The notes beneath the pieces are model-generated. The model made no database searches and was not told the DNA's origin. It was given only the letters and a program-made list of their open reading frames with translations. Of a stretch of 64,000 nt of DNA, positions 47,482-56,301 are shown piece by piece. The translations under genes were made by a program, and so were the position numbers. The stretch's first letter is position 1. The number at the start of each line of letters is the position of its first letter. The stretch is from a virus (lineage: Duplodnaviria > Caudoviricetes). Location: the IMG/VR virus record IMGVR_UViG_3300021426_000001; one strand, written 5' to 3'.

Positions 47482-47955
47482 ATGTCTATGGATCTAAAAA
47501 GAGCACTTGGAATTATCAATGAGTCTAGACTCATTCTTGAGCGTAAGAGGGCTTCTGAAATGACGCCTGAAGAGCACGAGAAGTATCTAGCTGATAGATC
47601 GAACAGAAGAGCTGCGAGAAAGAGAGTAGCGTCTTTCGCAGTAGAGAGGAACAAGCTAAAAGAACTAATCGCTTGCGCCGAGGGTCTACTTGGGGCTAGA
47701 GAAGAGCTCCTGAAGAGAGGCTGGGAACCACTAGAGGGACGTGACATCGACAAAGAGCATCAGGGATTCTGGCTCAAGAAGGCTAATGGACCCGATAGAT
47801 GGATATATGTTGGAGCCCACATCGCATACCTAGGCGATGGCGTAAGAGTACGTATCGACAATCCAGCAGAAGATGCGTTCATAAAGCCTGTAGCTACTAA
47901 GGAATCGATCGTATCAGCTATCGATAATCTCTTGGCTAAGAACAATCTTCAGTAG
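47482..47955 (+). CDS. putative internal head protein (paralogue 2)
   Basis: Shares its N-terminal ~50 aa with the previous gene; AAGGAG SD. Confidence 0.65.
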   Translation: MSMDLKRALGIINESRLILERKRASEMTPEEHEKYLADRSNRRAARKRVASFAVERNKLKELIACAEGLLGAREELLKRGWEPLEGRDIDKEHQGFWLKKANGPDRWIYVGAHIAYLGDGVRVRIDNPAEDAFIKPVATKESIVSAIDNLLAKNNLQ

Positions 47956-47970
47956 AAGAAAATCCAAATG

Positions 47971-48010
47971 ACAAAAAGAGCAGAGCCGTCAAGCTCTGCT
48001 CTCTTTTTGT
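47971..48010. terminator. bidirectional intrinsic terminator
   Basis: AGAGCAGAGC/GCTCTGCTCT stem flanked by A- and T-runs between convergent genes. Confidence 0.85.
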
Positions 48011-48025
48011 GATGACAGTAAGTCC

Positions 48026-49996
48026 TTACAGATCTTTCATCTCGAGCGCGTACTCGTACCACTTTCTGGCGTCGAACTCTCTCTTTCTGTCATTGGAGTA
48101 TGACTTTCTCGGAGTGAGGAATCCGACGATTCTCGTGTACTGATCATAGACGCCTTCGCCGCAAACTGGACAGATGTTCGTTCCCACGAAAGCGTGATGG
48201 TTCTTGCAGACGTTGATCTTCGTGTTGAATGCGAAGTAGATCACGCCTCTAGAAGCGATCTTGTTGAGCATGTCCCACGCGACATCCTTGTTCGGGAAGT
48301 TGCTCTCGATGTTGATGTGAGCGATAGCGCCGCCAGAGCACATCTTGTCGAGGACTGAGGAGAGACGGATCTTCTCCTGGATAGTGCACTTCTCTTTGAG
48401 CGGGATCCACTGGTTCGAGTAGATGAAGTCGTCATCTCTGTCATAGAGAAGGTTGTCCTTCTGGCAGAGAATCACAGCAGCTCTCTCGGCTGGAACAGAC
48501 TCGATGTTGAAGCTGTACTTGTCAGTGAAGTTGTCCTTCACGTCGTTGATCGTGTCGAAGATTGCTTGAGCGAGCTTGATTCCCTCGTCAGTGTAGCTCT
48601 TGTTTCCGAACTCGTCAGTCTTGATGAATCCGAACTCCTTGATTGTCTCGTAGAGTCCGAGAATTCCGACAGTGCTGTACTGATGGTTGATGTCGATTCC
48701 GCCCTCGATGTAGTTCGGCAGAAGTCCACGCTGAACATTCTTCGTGATGATCTCTCGCTGGACGTCGAGAAGCTTGCAGCAGAGCTCAGTTCTCTTTCTC
48801 AGCAGCTTGAGGTAAGCGTTGATCCAAGAGATCTTGGAGTCTTCCTTCTCCTTCTTAGTCTCGATAGCGATTCTCACTAGGTTCATCGTATTGACCTTGA
48901 TCGATCCGATGGATAGCGAGGTTCCGCCGATGGAGTTCATGAAGCCCTTGAGCTTTGATGTGTCACTCAGCAAACGACAGCAGTTCGACAATGTAGTCAC
49001 GTCTTCTGAGACGAAGAAGTTAGAGTCGTTCCACTTCGTGTTGTGGTCAGAGCACCAGCGAGCGAAGTCTTCGTCAACAAATTTTCCGTTCTTGTACTGC
49101 AGCGAGAAGGTGAGCACTGGGAACGTGAACATGTTCTCGCTGCGGATCTCTGATACGACTTCCATGAAGATCTTCTGATGCTCGATGAAGTCTTCCATCT
49201 GGTCGATGAAGAATGTTCCGTCTGGGTACTCTAGACCGCCGAAGAGAGCTTCACAGTACTGACGGTCGAAGATTGACACGTTAACGAATGCAGTCTGGTC
49301 AATGCGCATAAACGGCTGATTTAGGCGGTATATGAGCTTCTGGAAGGCCTGTCTAAGGTAACTATCCGGGTCCTTAGTATAGAAGCCCTGATCTACGTCT
49401 TTGCGCCAAAAATAGTAGGTCCATACGAGGATGTTCGGAATGCCGACTGCGCCAGAGCTTCTGTTGCTCATGAATGACACGAACTCGATCACGTCGTCGA
49501 GGAACGTTCCGAGGTGCTTCGGCGGTACGTTGTTGTAGTTCTTGAGGAAGAACAGACCCTCTTTAGCGAGGCGGGTGAGGTCGTAAGCGAAGCAGTAGCC
49601 CATGTAGGTAGAAGTGCAAGCGTCGTGCAGATAGAATCCGCCGTTGTACTCCTGATTGAGCCACTCGCGGGCGGTCTTGAGTCCGTATTTCTGCTTCAGC
49701 TCAAGGAAGAGCTTGTTGAACGCGAAGATCTTGTCAAGCGGCTTGTCTTTCTCGTTCAGGAGGGCTCTGATGTCCTTTGTAGAAGCGTTTGCGTTAGCGT
49801 CGATAGTGACATCTGCTGTTACTGCGTTCTTCGCAGTGAATGCGTCAATGAAGTCTGAGAAGTTCAAGTTTCTCTCAGCGAATCCGTTGAGAACTTCGAA
49901 GTCTTCGCCGTAGGTCTCTTCGATGCTAGCTAGAGCCTTTGAGAAGTCCTTGTTGACCTTCAGCGGGATGTTGAAAACTGAATTGTTTACTGCCAT
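48026..49996 (-). CDS. nrdD: anaerobic (class III) ribonucleoside-triphosphate reductase, no ATP cone
   Basis: YLHD, YCFA, NCCRL, ESVPAE, CKNHH...CPVC and the glycyl-radical loop TRIVGFL. Confidence 0.95.
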   Translation of the reverse strand: MAVNNSVFNIPLKVNKDFSKALASIEETYGEDFEVLNGFAERNLNFSDFIDAFTAKNAVTADVTIDANANASTKDIRALLNEKDKPLDKIFAFNKLFLELKQKYGLKTAREWLNQEYNGGFYLHDACTSTYMGYCFAYDLTRLAKEGLFFLKNYNNVPPKHLGTFLDDVIEFVSFMSNRSSGAVGIPNILVWTYYFWRKDVDQGFYTKDPDSYLRQAFQKLIYRLNQPFMRIDQTAFVNVSIFDRQYCEALFGGLEYPDGTFFIDQMEDFIEHQKIFMEVVSEIRSENMFTFPVLTFSLQYKNGKFVDEDFARWCSDHNTKWNDSNFFVSEDVTTLSNCCRLLSDTSKLKGFMNSIGGTSLSIGSIKVNTMNLVRIAIETKKEKEDSKISWINAYLKLLRKRTELCCKLLDVQREIITKNVQRGLLPNYIEGGIDINHQYSTVGILGLYETIKEFGFIKTDEFGNKSYTDEGIKLAQAIFDTINDVKDNFTDKYSFNIESVPAERAAVILCQKDNLLYDRDDDFIYSNQWIPLKEKCTIQEKIRLSSVLDKMCSGGAIAHINIESNFPNKDVAWDMLNKIASRGVIYFAFNTKINVCKNHHAFVGTNICPVCGEGVYDQYTRIVGFLTPRKSYSNDRKREFDARKWYEYALEMKDL

Positions 49997-50132
49997 TTCA
50001 ATTATTCCTTGTAAGAGAATTTCGCCACATGGAAATAGCAGCAGACTAATGATCTGCTGCTTTTCCGAAGTCTTTTTAGTTGACTGAGTCTTTCATAGAG
50101 TGCCTGTGGCTGGTCGTTTATTTATACGACGG

Positions 50133-50351
50133 CTACTCCTGATTTTTGTTGATCCATGCGCATCCGTCGCGGAAGTCCATGACCACTCCGTCAACCTCCA
50201 GGAGAGGAACGGTAGTGAATCCGTGAGCTCTAGCGACGTTCTCGATCTCAGACTGCTCGGTGACTACTGTGTGTTCGATCTTCGCATCATCGAGCTTCTT
50301 CTTCATCACGTTGCACTTTGGACATCCAGTGCTGTACATCTTTACTGTCAT
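50133..50351 (-). CDS. nrdH: NrdH-like glutaredoxin
   Basis: MYSTGCPKC...VPLLEVDG; true start is the ATG at 50351. Confidence 0.85.
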   Translation of the reverse strand: MTVKMYSTGCPKCNVMKKKLDDAKIEHTVVTEQSEIENVARAHGFTTVPLLEVDGVVMDFRDGCAWINKNQE

Positions 50352-50361
50352 CTGGCATCTC

Positions 50362-50823
50362 CTAGTTGTTGATAGAGCACTCGTACTTGATCGGAATCTG
50401 CTTCGGAGCCTTGAGAGGATCCTTGAGCTCAGCAGTGTCTTCCTCACGGGACTTGAAGAACGGATAGACGATGTTCTTGATGTCGTCGTCCTCGACATCC
50501 TTCTCGATAGTCATCATGTATGTCGTGGTCTGCTTCTTCTTGTTCTTCTTCACAGCTAGCTCACAGAGAATGCCCTCGAACTCTACGCCGCCGAACACGA
50601 CAGTGATCTGCTCGTCGAGCGGGAGCTGAATGTTCTTCCATGTGTCGTTGCTAGCGAGTTCGCCGATCTTCTTGAGATAAGTGTCGTTCGTGAAGTGGCG
50701 GATGAGGACTGGAGAGCCCTCTTCAACTACCTTGATAGTGAGCTTTGCGTGCGGGATGAGGTCTTCTTTCTTGGTGAAGAACTTGTAATTTTCGAGTGTT
50801 GCTTCAGTGATTTCAACTTTCAT
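50362..50823 (-). CDS. hypothetical protein
   Basis: ORF with AGAGGA SD. Confidence 0.75.
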   Translation of the reverse strand: MKVEITEATLENYKFFTKKEDLIPHAKLTIKVVEEGSPVLIRHFTNDTYLKKIGELASNDTWKNIQLPLDEQITVVFGGVEFEGILCELAVKKNKKKQTTTYMMTIEKDVEDDDIKNIVYPFFKSREEDTAELKDPLKAPKQIPIKYECSINN

Positions 50824-50895
50824 AAGTTTCCTCTTTGATTTTTATGCCTTCAAAATCTACAAAAATGCAGACGATTCTGTTTTCGTCTGCCATAG

Positions 50896-51273
50896 CTAGA
50901 AAATCTCGCGATCGTAGATGTATGCTGCTGCCGACTTCGGATCGAGCTCCTCAGATATGGATCTCGTGAGGAGCGTGAGGAAGATGTCTTTGACGGTCTT
51001 GTAGCACATCAGCTCGTCTTCTACCAAGCGGTCATATCCCTCGTTAGAGTGACCCTTTGAAGCGTATAGCTGATCCATCTCAGCCTTTAGACTAGTGAGG
51101 TTCAGCCACTTCTTGTCGTGGAAGAGATATACCGAGTTGTCGGACATTCTCTTTCCCAGCCACTTTCCAGCAGACTCCTCGGCGATCGTCTTCACGTCGT
51201 CTGAAGAGCTGGTCAGCGATACGCCAGGCTCCACGGACTCTTTGAGAGCAGCTACCCAATCAGTCAATTTCAT
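50896..51273 (-). CDS. hypothetical protein, possible head protein
   Basis: MKLTDWVAALKES N-terminus. Confidence 0.65.
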   Translation of the reverse strand: MKLTDWVAALKESVEPGVSLTSSSDDVKTIAEESAGKWLGKRMSDNSVYLFHDKKWLNLTSLKAEMDQLYASKGHSNEGYDRLVEDELMCYKTVKDIFLTLLTRSISEELDPKSAAAYIYDREIF

Positions 51274-51751
51274 TCAGGAAAACCCTCAGATCTTCTAGCG
51301 TCTTCTTCATGTCGTTTCTGCGGAAGAGAACGGCGTTGCCCTTAGCGGCTTGGAACTCTTCTACGTTCTTCTCGTAGTCGTCGATCAGAACGGTCTCTTT
51401 GTCAGCGAAGTCTGCCTTGTCTCTTCTCTTAGCTACGAACACGATGTCCATCGGATTGGCTCTGAGATTCTGCTCGAGCCACATCTTCTTTCCGATTCTA
51501 GCGTTGTCGTCGACTGCGTGAGAGAGGATGTAGATCTTCAGATCGTGCTTCTTGCTGAACGCGTACAGTCTAGAGTACAGCCAGAGTCCCTCTACGATCG
51601 GCGGAAGATCAGCCCAGAAGTGCTCGTCGACCTCTTTGAACCCCTCTTCGTTGAAATATCCAGTGTCTGGATCGTAGAATCCGAGCTTCTCAGCGCCAGC
51701 CAAGAAGTCAACCAAGACTCCGTCCATGTCGATTGCTACTTTCTTTATCAT
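51260..51751 (-). CDS. 5'(3')-deoxyribonucleotidase, HAD family
   Basis: IDMDGVLVDF, GKKMWL and LIDD motifs. Confidence 0.9.
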   Translation of the reverse strand: MIKKVAIDMDGVLVDFLAGAEKLGFYDPDTGYFNEEGFKEVDEHFWADLPPIVEGLWLYSRLYAFSKKHDLKIYILSHAVDDNARIGKKMWLEQNLRANPMDIVFVAKRRDKADFADKETVLIDDYEKNVEEFQAAKGNAVLFRRNDMKKTLEDLRVFLNEID

Positions 51752-51754
51752 AGT

Positions 51755-52180
51755 TTATTTATACTTAAGCAAAAAGTCTATCACAGTCTTAGACGGCTTG
51801 TCTTCGCGCAATCTGCCGTCAGAGTAGATGTAGTTTATGATTTCTGTGTTCTCTATGCGGACTGGATCGAATACTCTCTTTCTGTTGTACTCTCGAACGA
51901 AAGCTTTGCATCCAGGAACGATAGAGTTGAGCTCTTCTTCTGTGAAAGTGACTCTCGGATAGCTTATGAGCTGCTTCATCTTGTGCATTCCCATGATCAG
52001 CTTCTCTCTGAGCTCCACGGGCAGATGATGGAGATTCAGTCCAACGAAGTTGTTGAGGCTCATCTGGCTCGGTCGTATGCAGAAAATGAGAGGCTCCTGA
52101 TCAACGTCGGGAGCCGTGCTCTTAGCTACATAGTGAAAAGAGTAGAAGAAGCCGTCCACGATCAGATCTGTGTGCTTCAT
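51755..52180 (-). CDS. DNA end protector protein (T4 gp2-like)
   Basis: DQEPLIF...FVGLNLHHLP motif. Confidence 0.8.
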   Translation of the reverse strand: MKHTDLIVDGFFYSFHYVAKSTAPDVDQEPLIFCIRPSQMSLNNFVGLNLHHLPVELREKLIMGMHKMKQLISYPRVTFTEEELNSIVPGCKAFVREYNRKRVFDPVRIENTEIINYIYSDGRLREDKPSKTVIDFLLKYK

Positions 52181-52785
52181 CCTATTCTCCTTCCGAGATA
52201 GTTGTCGATCCAAGTCGCTCTGTCGTAAGTGAAGAACTTCTCTACGACTGGCTCAAGCGACATGAACCAGCTCGGTCTTCCGTTGTACTTTCCAGGCTTG
52301 CAGACTTCCCTCATGACTTCTGGCGGAGCGTTTCTGACGAATCTCTGGACCTCGGTTAGAGCTACCATGATGATTCCCTTGCATCCGCATGACATGTACC
52401 AGAAGTCGTCTTTGACTCCGTGACCGATGAAGTTGCAGAGGTGCTCGATAGCGTCTCTCTTCGGATCATCGTATCTGTTAGGGAAAGACACAGAAGCGTA
52501 GCCGTAGTCACGAGAGTACTTCACGTCAACGTAGACCATGTACTCGCGCTGCGGACGACCGTGCATGTCGCATCTAGCGATTCTGAAGTCTCCTAGCTGC
52601 GCGTTCTTCATAGCGCTCTCGTTCCAGATCACTACGTGAGGGAGAGGATCTTTGGTCTCTCCGACGACAGAGTGAATGACGATCCAGTCGAGTCCGTTGT
52701 CTTCGATGTACTTAGAGAAGTACTTGACCATCTCGTCTTCGATCTCGAAGCCAGCTTTAGCGTTGGGTGATGTCAGCTCAGACAT
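52177..52785 (-). CDS. putative PD-(D/E)xK nuclease
   Basis: GFEIE...GDF...YVDVK catalytic-like spacing. Confidence 0.5.
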   Translation of the reverse strand: MSELTSPNAKAGFEIEDEMVKYFSKYIEDNGLDWIVIHSVVGETKDPLPHVVIWNESAMKNAQLGDFRIARCDMHGRPQREYMVYVDVKYSRDYGYASVSFPNRYDDPKRDAIEHLCNFIGHGVKDDFWYMSCGCKGIIMVALTEVQRFVRNAPPEVMREVCKPGKYNGRPSWFMSLEPVVEKFFTYDRATWIDNYLGRRIG

Positions 52786-53467
52786 ATTCTAGTCCCTCCT
52801 GAAGGTCTTCTTGATTCTCCATGACGCTCTGCTGATACTCGTCGCTCTCAGATTCGAACATGTGGTCATCGCCAGGGAACTCTTGAGCGAGCTCTTCCAG
52901 ATCTTCTTGACTTGCTTCCTCTCGTGCGAGTCTCTCAGCTCTCTCCTCTTCTCTCTGGCGCTTTCTCTCTTCCTTCTTCTCTTCCTCGGACTCTTCTTCG
53001 CCTTCTTTCTTTCTCTTCTTTCTGGATCCTGGACCCTTAGTGCCCCAAGCGTGAACCCACGCTTCTGAGTAAGAGTCTGTCGACCAAGTGTTGACGAGCT
53101 CAGTGGAGTTGCCGTCACTGTCAGCAGAAGAGGTGTTCAGAGTAGCGAACTCGTTAGATTCGAACTTGTACTTGTTGGACCAGAGGACTAGCTTTGACCA
53201 GTACGCGGACTGAAGCAGGAACGCCAGAGCTGAGTTCGGAGTGCCGTCTTCGCGGTACTCGTTGAAGTTCTTGAAGTAGTGCTCGATCACGTAGATCACC
53301 ATGTCTTGAATGAAGTCATAGTAAGCGCGATCATCTCGATTCTTCTTGATCTGGTAAGCGCAGATCTCGATCAGATCATCCCAGAGCTGAGCGTGATCCT
53401 TCTCGCTGATAGTTCCAGCGTTGTAAGCGACGATTCTCTTCGCGAGCGCTTTGTTGTCGATTCTCAT
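52778..53467 (-). CDS. late-transcription sigma factor (T4 gp55-like)
   Basis: IDNKAL...DFIQD...KNFNE...NSALAFLLQSAY parallels gp55; acidic tail; TATAAATA promoters throughout the window. Confidence 0.7.
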   Translation of the reverse strand: MRIDNKALAKRIVAYNAGTISEKDHAQLWDDLIEICAYQIKKNRDDRAYYDFIQDMVIYVIEHYFKNFNEYREDGTPNSALAFLLQSAYWSKLVLWSNKYKFESNEFATLNTSSADSDGNSTELVNTWSTDSYSEAWVHAWGTKGPGSRKKRKKEGEEESEEEKKEERKRQREEERAERLAREEASQEDLEELAQEFPGDDHMFESESDEYQQSVMENQEDLQEGLEYV

Positions 53468-53479
53468 TGGCTTTCTCCT

Positions 53480-53701
53480 CTACTTGTTTCTGTAGACGAT
53501 CCTGCCTCTGCTGAGGTCATACGGACACAGCTCTACTAGGACGATGTCGTCCGGGTTAGTTCTGATACGGTTCATCTTGTGCATCTTTCCAGCTAGCGTG
53601 CAGATGGCTTCGCTCCCGTTGCCGAATCCGACTCTGAATCTGATTCCGCCGAGCGCTTCTAGGACCCTTCCCTCTACGGTTATCGGCTCTTCTTTCGCCA
53701 T
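53480..53701 (-). CDS. infA: translation initiation factor IF-1
   Basis: MAKEEPITVEGRVLEAL...GKM...IR...VELCPYDLSRGRIVYR. Confidence 0.95.
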   Translation of the reverse strand: MAKEEPITVEGRVLEALGGIRFRVGFGNGSEAICTLAGKMHKMNRIRTNPDDIVLVELCPYDLSRGRIVYRNK

Positions 53702-53702
53702 C

Positions 53703-54887
53703 TTAGATGTTCTCCATCGTCTGAGTGTTGCGGTCGATAGCGGCTAGAAGACGGTTGACTGCGTCTGAAGTCTCTAGGATGATTCCGGACTTGTCGAGGT
53801 TGTCGTACTGCCACTTGATCAGCTCGTTGTAGTTGTCTTTCTTGCACATAGCCCAGAACTTCTTGTCGAGCTCTTCAACGGAGATGTCAGTTCTGATCTT
53901 GCAGTCAGGGAAGATCTCTTCGTATGGGCTGTCACTAGAGTCCGGGAATACGGATCCGAAGAAGCCCATGCCAGCGATAGAAGACTCGTAGAATCTCAGC
54001 GCAGACTTTGAACGGTTGAACTCGTTGTCCACGAGCGGAGCGATCTGGAAGTCAGCTTTAGTGCTCCAGCAGCGTCTCGGATAGTTGTACGAGTTGGTCC
54101 ACGGAATGAACTGAATCTTCGGTGCGATCTCTGCGAAGAACCACGGAAAGTCTCCCATGATCTTGAAGTTGATCTTGTCTTCCTTCACGTTCTTGATGAC
54201 CCACTCTCTGAAAGCCTGATCCCAGTCTCCCATGTCGCCCTTGGTGCCAGGGAAGTTCTTGCTCGGATCTGGACGCTGAGGGTTCATGTAGTGTCCAGAG
54301 GCGCCAGAGTAGAGAACTGTCGGCTTGACGAGGTCTTCTGTGATCGGCTGTCTCTTCTCGCAGGACCATAGGAATCTCGGCACAGTGTTTCTGACAGTCA
54401 CTACGTTGTCTAGCGAGTACTTCTGGGAGATGATCTTCTTCAGGTAGTCTGTCGAAGTCATGATAGTGTCGAAGAGCGGGAGGATCTGGTGAAGAGCGTC
54501 CTCTACTTCTCCGTCCACGTCTGCCTCTTGGCGTCTCACGTAAGACATGTTGTATGGCGGAACTGACTGATCACGGAACGGAGACTTGAAGAACAAGTCG
54601 TCGATCTCGTAGACCATCTTGAATCCGAACTTAGCCTGGAATCCCTTGTACTTCTGAACGATAGACAGGTGCTGGTATGTGCATGGCTTCTGCCAGATTA
54701 TCGCTTTCGTCTTGCTGAGAATTATCGGATCTAGCGTGTAGACTGGAAGAATCACAGCCTTGACGCCGAAGTCGTTAGCGTTGAGATAGTCAGCGAAGAA
54801 ACGGCAGCGAACATGGCTGCAGCCTGAGTTGTCCGACAGATAGAAGAGCACTAGGTTCTTGTTGTCGTCTGAATTTACTTTAAGCAT
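53703..54887 (-). CDS. putative glycosyltransferase (GT-B-like)
   Basis: SGCSHVR, YEIDDL, STDYLK and IAPLVDNEFNRSKSALRFYE motifs. Confidence 0.75.
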   Translation of the reverse strand: MLKVNSDDNKNLVLFYLSDNSGCSHVRCRFFADYLNANDFGVKAVILPVYTLDPIILSKTKAIIWQKPCTYQHLSIVQKYKGFQAKFGFKMVYEIDDLFFKSPFRDQSVPPYNMSYVRRQEADVDGEVEDALHQILPLFDTIMTSTDYLKKIISQKYSLDNVVTVRNTVPRFLWSCEKRQPITEDLVKPTVLYSGASGHYMNPQRPDPSKNFPGTKGDMGDWDQAFREWVIKNVKEDKINFKIMGDFPWFFAEIAPKIQFIPWTNSYNYPRRCWSTKADFQIAPLVDNEFNRSKSALRFYESSIAGMGFFGSVFPDSSDSPYEEIFPDCKIRTDISVEELDKKFWAMCKKDNYNELIKWQYDNLDKSGIILETSDAVNRLLAAIDRNTQTMENI

Positions 54888-54938
54888 CTAGTTTCCTTGA
54901 TTTACTGTTACCAATTAAATATAGTACTTTTTCTCTAT

Positions 54939-56174
54939 TTATAGTTTCTCAAGGATCTTGAACTTGAGGCTCATGGACGGATCAGACTCTTCTATTTTTT
55001 TATCTCTGAAGGAGATCTCTACTGGACGCCCGCCGAATAGCACGTAGCTGTTTCCATTGAGATCAATGTTGACTATCGCTCTCTTTGTCGGCTTCTTGTT
55101 CATGGCAGCTTCTATGAAGTCATTCTCGACTCCCAGCTCTCTCACGACAGTTCCTGAGCTCAGCACGATGTGGTTGTAGCCAGTTCCGTCTCTTCTCACA
55201 TCGCGGCCGTAGTCTCCCAGGATGTAGTGCAGGAGCTGGTATGTTCTGAATAGCGGCTTTGGATGCTCTGGATCGTGTCCGAGGTTGAAATTTAGATATT
55301 TCCTCAGCAGCTCTCCGTATGTCTCGGCGCCCAGCTTCTCTGCCTGGTTGACGACTATGTCTCTGTCTCTGTCGACTATTCCATTGAAGCGGTTCTCCAT
55401 GTCGTTGAGAAAAGCTCTGAAAGTGGTGTTGCACAAGAAGATCGGACGATTGAGCTCTGACGGGACTACGCTCTTCATCGAGACACGGCACTTCTCTGAG
55501 AGCTGAACGTCTGCACGGTCTACGTATGTGTAGTTCTTGATCACTTTGTCGGCTGCTACCCAGCGGAACTTGAGTCCCTCGCACTGAGATCTCCAGACTG
55601 GATCTCTCGCCATCTTGTCCCTGTAGAAGTCCACGATCTTGAGAATCTCGTCGCTCTTCTGCTTGACGTACTCGATCTTCTGGTCTAGCTGGTTCAGGAG
55701 ATTTCTGACCTTAGACGACTCGTCGTTGACACCTCCGACGATGTCCATTATGGCGTCAGCGATGAGCGGATTCAGACCCTCTCTCACTATGACAGCAGAT
55801 GCGTTGCTCTTCAGCATCGCTATCGGGATCAGCTCAGTGAGCATAGCGTTGAAGTTCGTGGATATGTTCACTTGCGGCTTAAGGATGATAGTCTTGAGAA
55901 TTCTGCCGTGTCTGTTGTCTTCACGCAGATTTAGAGCGCCAGAGCTGCTTCTAGGGACGTATTTCTCGTACTGCGGATAGATACCGTTGACTGGTCCCAG
56001 ACTCGCTATTTCGGCTAGTTTTGCGCTTCTGTCGTCATTGTAGATGTAGAATAGCGTCTTGCTGTTGCTTCTCTTCGTGTCCAGCTTGAATTTTGGCTCT
56101 GGAAAGTTCAGTTCTAGAAATGAATTGAGCGGATCTTGCTTGTCTGCTTCTTGCTTGTCGATTAGTCCGAGCAT
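54939..56174 (-). CDS. putative restriction-endonuclease-like protein
   Basis: TE...RADVQL...VSMK resembles an AD-x(n)-SxK variant of the PD-(D/E)xK motif. Confidence 0.4.
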   Translation of the reverse strand: MLGLIDKQEADKQDPLNSFLELNFPEPKFKLDTKRSNSKTLFYIYNDDRSAKLAEIASLGPVNGIYPQYEKYVPRSSSGALNLREDNRHGRILKTIILKPQVNISTNFNAMLTELIPIAMLKSNASAVIVREGLNPLIADAIMDIVGGVNDESSKVRNLLNQLDQKIEYVKQKSDEILKIVDFYRDKMARDPVWRSQCEGLKFRWVAADKVIKNYTYVDRADVQLSEKCRVSMKSVVPSELNRPIFLCNTTFRAFLNDMENRFNGIVDRDRDIVVNQAEKLGAETYGELLRKYLNFNLGHDPEHPKPLFRTYQLLHYILGDYGRDVRRDGTGYNHIVLSSGTVVRELGVENDFIEAAMNKKPTKRAIVNIDLNGNSYVLFGGRPVEISFRDKKIEESDPSMSLKFKILEKL

Positions 56175-56226
56175 AGATTCTCCGAGTTTTGTAAAGAAAT
56201 TTTATCTTATTTTATAAGAAAACGGA

Positions 56227-56255
56227 TTTACAAAACCCGCCAAATTTCCTATATT
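56227..56255 (+). promoter_or_regulatory. early promoter TTTACA-N17-TATATT
   Basis: Conserved early motif, but without the GTAAAACAAA leader. Confidence 0.8.
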
Positions 56256-56301
56256 CTATTTACAGTTCCAGAGAGGACTGCTAGAAAAAAGGAAAAGAAA
56301 A

